From Clostridia bacterium (GTDB lineage: Bacteria; Bacillota; Clostridia; Oscillospirales; CAG-272): a DNA stretch of 64,000 bases. The stretch lies in the NCBI GenBank assembly GCA_017415485.1, contig JAFQGP010000009.1:9305-73304 (forward strand), written 5' to 3'. Within the stretch, counting starts at the first letter, position 1. Every line of letters starts with the position of its first letter. A model generated the notes under the pieces. That model saw only the letters and a list, made by a program, of their open reading frames with translations, was not told the DNA's origin and searched no databases. Made by a program: the position numbers and the translations under genes. Below are positions 61,458 through 64,000 of this stretch, in pieces.

Positions 61458-62462
61458 TCAGGAAATCAGTCGCTCGGCACGCTCGACGATGAGGGATCTT
61501 GCTTTTTCGAGTGTGGGAGCGCTGACGGTACATCCTGCCGCCTTGACGTGTCCGCCGCCGCCGAAATAGGCGCAGAGAGAGGAAACGTCTATGTTCGAGT
61601 TCGAGCGAGCCGAAACGCGGTAGCTCTTCTCGGCTTCCTCGCGGATCGAGAATGCGACCTCGACGCCCGCGACCGAGCGCGCGATGTCAATGAGGGCGTC
61701 AAGGTCCTCGCTTGCAAGGTTGTGCGCCGAGATCTGTTCAAGCGAGATCGAGCAGACGGCGATCTTGCCGCCACCTGCGAAACTGAGCAGATCGAGAGCC
61801 GCCTTTTCCGCCGCGAGTCTGCCGGGAGTCTTGGTTTCGAAAAGAAGACGGTCGATGTCGGAGTGCGAGGGGATGAGCGCGATCAGCTGTGCCGCGGTGC
61901 GGTGGGTGGCGGGGGTTACGTTCGAGTAACGGAAGCAACCCGTGTCCGAGCTGATAGCGGCGTAAATTGCGGGCGCGACACGTTCGGGGATCGCGTCGAT
62001 GTAGCCCATTCTGATCCATTCGCGCGCGATGCGCCAAACGATCTCGCCTGTTGCCGATGCCTCGGGGGAGAGATAGCGGTCGCAGAAGGGAGTCGAGCGC
62101 GCGTGATGGTCGAAGGAGAGTGCAATGTCGTATTTGCCCTCAAGCTGACCGAGCTGTGTTGCCGCCGCGATGTCGAGAGCGACAGCGGTGACCTTACCGG
62201 GAGCAAAATCCGAGGGGATCTTATCGAGCGTGATGTCGCCGTCGAGCCCCGCGCTTTCGGCAATGAAGCGAAGACGTGCGGGCAGGGGATCGGCGCAGAC
62301 CACGTGTGCGTTGCATCCGACCGCCGCAAGCAGGACTGCGGTGGCGTAAGCCGAGCCGATGCAGTCGCCGTCGGGGCGGGCGTGAACGAGGAGCGCAAGC
62401 TTGCCCTTGCGCGAAAGCTCATAGAGGTTTCGGCAGGCAGCCTTAAAGGTGAGATTGCGCAT
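61458..62462 (-). CDS. nrnA: DHH/DHHA1 phosphoesterase (NrnA-type oligoribonuclease/pAp phosphatase)
   Basis: HARPDGDCIGS, DHH (FDHHA) and GGGGH motifs, plus conserved position after rbfA. Confidence 0.85.
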   Translation of the reverse strand: MRNLTFKAACRNLYELSRKGKLALLVHARPDGDCIGSAYATAVLLAAVGCNAHVVCADPLPARLRFIAESAGLDGDITLDKIPSDFAPGKVTAVALDIAAATQLGQLEGKYDIALSFDHHARSTPFCDRYLSPEASATGEIVWRIAREWIRMGYIDAIPERVAPAIYAAISSDTGCFRYSNVTPATHRTAAQLIALIPSHSDIDRLLFETKTPGRLAAEKAALDLLSFAGGGKIAVCSISLEQISAHNLASEDLDALIDIARSVAGVEVAFSIREEAEKSYRVSARSNSNIDVSSLCAYFGGGGHVKAAGCTVSAPTLEKARSLIVERAERLIS

Positions 62463-62881
62463 TATTCGTCACCTTCTTCGCTCTTTTTTTCGGTGGTGAT
62501 ACCGAGCCTTGCGGCTCTTTCTGCGCTGTCGGTTTCAACTTTGTGGAGGAGGGAGGAGATATAAGCTCCGTTTGCACCCGATCGGTCAAGGATGAATGTG
62601 AGCTCTGGGGTCTGGCGGAGATCGACCGCGCGTGCAAGCGCACGGCGGATGTAGCCGTTGCTGGATCTGAGTCCTTCAGCGACCTTCTTTTCCTTTTCCT
62701 TATCGCCGTCGGCGCCAAGGAGGGAGTAGTATATCTTTGCGAATTTAAGATCGGGCGTAACGTCTGCACCCGTAATGCTTATAAAGGCGGAGCTGACTCT
62801 GGGGTCCTTGACCTCTCGGAGAATCTCCGAAAGCGCCTTTTGGACCTCATCGTTGATCCTGCCGCGTCTGTAGTTTGCCAT
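62462..62881 (-). CDS. rbfA: 30S ribosome-binding factor RbfA
   Basis: RRGRINDEVQKALSEILREVKDPRV..ITGADVTPDLKFAKIYYS. Confidence 0.92.
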   Translation of the reverse strand: MANYRRGRINDEVQKALSEILREVKDPRVSSAFISITGADVTPDLKFAKIYYSLLGADGDKEKEKKVAEGLRSSNGYIRRALARAVDLRQTPELTFILDRSGANGAYISSLLHKVETDSAERAARLGITTEKKSEEGDE

Positions 62882-63007
62882 TTCTTTTTCCTTCTATATA
62901 AAACTAATTTAATAACTAATAAAAGAGCATATTATTACTATTATAATATAACATAAATTAAGGAAAAAGTCAAGGGAAAAATATGAAATTTAGGTTACAT
63001 TGGGAAA

Positions 63008-63125
63008 AATGATTGTCTGCCTGCGGCAGAATGATGGTCACGCTGCGCGTGAATGATATCTGCCTGCGGCAGAATGATAATCACGCTTCGCGTGAATGAT
63101 AGTTCGCCCGATGGGCGAAATGAAG
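63008..63125 (+). repeat. mini-hairpin array, 5-6 units, AATGAT linker
   Basis: AATGAT at 63008, 63030, 63052, 63073 and 63095, and AATGAA at 63119 (periods 22, 22, 21, 22, 24). Units are tctgcc-tgc-ggcaga, tcacgc-tgc-gcgtga, tctgcc-tgc-ggcaga, tcacgc-ttc-gcgtga and ttcgccc-gat-gggcgaa. Confidence 0.92.
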
Positions 63126-63126
63126 G

Positions 63127-63152
63127 AAAAAATCCGCCGGCGGCGGATTTTC
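63127..63152 (-). terminator. intrinsic terminator (minus-strand sense) downstream of the 155-aa membrane-protein gene
   Basis: AAAAATCCGCC-GGC-GGCGGATTTT. On the minus strand it is followed by TTTTTT. Confidence 0.6.
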
Positions 63153-63198
63153 TCGGATTTATTATATTACGCTTTTGATGTTGTTTTGCAAAAGTATT

Positions 63199-63244
63199 TC
63201 GCGAAGCGCTGACTACCCTCCCAACCCTCCCGCAAGCGGGAGGG
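63199..63244 (+). repeat. CCCTCCC-GCAA-GGGAGGG hairpin repeat, copy C3
   Basis: TCGCGAAGCGCTGACTACCCTCCCAACCCTCCCGCAAGCGGGAGGG. Confidence 0.9.
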
Positions 63245-63252
63245 CTTTGTGG

Positions 63253-63720
63253 TTAATGAACGTGCGAGTTTTTTGCCCACGACCAATGAAGATAGAGATT
63301 TACTGCAAGATTGAAAACGAAATACAGAGGAATATTAAGGAATATCCAAGGGAACACATAGTTAAACAGCCAATATACTACGGTTATGACCGAAACAAAG
63401 ATCAATTCTGCCCAAAAATCTTTGGATTTTATTAAATTCTTAAAGTCATTTTTCGCGTCGTAGGGTTCTTCTCTTAACTTGGCAACAAACGTGATCTTTT
63501 CTTCGCTGCCGTTCTTCTTGTAGAAGAAGATGATAATAAATGCGATTGTCGGCCACAGTAATCGCATAATTGTTTGTGTTGCCGCCAAACCGGCTTTTTC
63601 CGAGCCTGCGATTGAATTGCATATCGGCAACAAGAGGAAGTTGCCTAACAAAAATGATGCAACTATCGCCATTATGTACGCCAATAAGACAAATAAGTGC
63701 TGCTTGAGTTTCGAATTCAT
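63253..63720 (-). CDS. hypothetical multi-pass membrane protein (AT-rich gene)
   Basis: 155 aa, about 4 TM helices, GGAGGAAAAAG RBS. GC is much lower than in neighbours. Confidence 0.55.
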   Translation of the reverse strand: MNSKLKQHLFVLLAYIMAIVASFLLGNFLLLPICNSIAGSEKAGLAATQTIMRLLWPTIAFIIIFFYKKNGSEEKITFVAKLREEPYDAKNDFKNLIKSKDFWAELIFVSVITVVYWLFNYVFPWIFLNIPLYFVFNLAVNLYLHWSWAKNSHVH

Positions 63721-63737
63721 AGCTTTTTCCTCCGTTA

Positions 63738-64000
63738 TTAAAATATCGATGTGTGAAGTTTGCCTTTCAAGCCTTTTTTCAAATGACTTAAAGAATAGTA
63801 AGTAAAATCACCGATCGTCTGACCGTTTGACAGTGGCACAACGACGTTATTGACCACACAATTTGCTTCCGAAGGCATATTGGGTATCAGCAAAACATGC
63901 TTTCTTTTGTCACCGTATTCAATTTCCGGCAGACTCTTTGTTTTATCGTGGTTCTTGTTCAGTGCATACTGAGTCGATCTGATGAGAGCATTGCGATTGC
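63738..64000 (-). CDS. hypothetical protein, C-terminal part (gene starts beyond the window end)
   Basis: Hand-translated frame open to the window edge: ..NRNALIRSTQYALNKNHDKTKSLPEIEYGDKRKHVLLIPNMPSEANCVVNNVVVPLSNGQTIGDFTYYSLSHLKKGLKGKLHTSIF, stop at 63740-63738. AT-rich, and I recognised no family. Confidence 0.35.
   Translation of the reverse strand, partial: NRNALIRSTQYALNKNHDKTKSLPEIEYGDKRKHVLLIPNMPSEANCVVNNVVVPLSNGQTIGDFTYYSLSHLKKGLKGKLHTSIF

Noticed and set aside
1-64000. rRNA, tRNA, tmRNA, RNase P, riboswitch or T-box elements, and prophage or IS elements.
   Set aside because: By eye I found no cloverleaf-like or rRNA-like segments in the intergenic regions and no recognisable riboswitch cores (TPP, B12, SAM, T-box specifier/antiterminator). 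I also found no integrase, transposase, capsid or terminase-like proteins. A covariance-model scan is still needed to exclude small RNAs.

Overview
Chromosomal segment from a high-GC (by eye roughly 55-60%) spore-forming Clostridia-type Firmicute. All protein calls rest on motifs I recognised in the supplied translations, since no database search was possible.

Gene content:
- 1.3-17.3 kb, minus strand: the conserved Firmicute block yicC-remA-rpoZ-priA-def-fmt-(Zn peptidase)-rsmB-rlmN-stp-prkC-(484 aa unknown)-rsgA-thiN-(50 aa)-spoVM. The spoVM micro-ORF is not in the ORF track.
- efp with an acidic Cys/Asp-repeat gene.
- An accessory stretch: sulfatase, ECF sigma/anti-sigma/VanZ, DeoR plus a dehydrogenase and a double-domain aldolase, GDPD, and a TIM-barrel isomerase.
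- Three tandem solute-binding-protein (SBP)-like lipoprotein paralogues.
- rpsO-pnp, followed by a VanY-like carboxypeptidase and two more SBP-like lipoproteins.
- rluA-family gene, DUF3810, murA.
- A DinJ/YoeB toxin-antitoxin pair.
- nrdG-nrdD-trxB, where NrdD carries a C-terminal redoxin fusion.
- amidase-recG-recX-recA and nrnA-rbfA.

I found no rRNA, tRNA, CRISPR array, transposase or integrase.

The most unusual feature is not a gene. Almost every non-operonic intergenic gap is filled by a modular library of repeats:
- tandem 22-bp mini-hairpin arrays with conserved linker words;
- inverted repeats built from GTGAAAA heptamers;
- a 170-190 bp composite repeat ending in a perfect 27-bp palindrome;
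- a near-identical ~95-nt structured module;
- a CCCTCCC-GCAA-GGGAGGG hairpin;
- several elements bounded by 20-36 bp inverted repeats.

By my hand-drawn coordinates these cover roughly 4 kb of the 64 kb window. They split classical operons (def|fmt), bracket accessory genes, and in places supply CDS ends. Many long ORFs in the track are antisense shadows of real genes.
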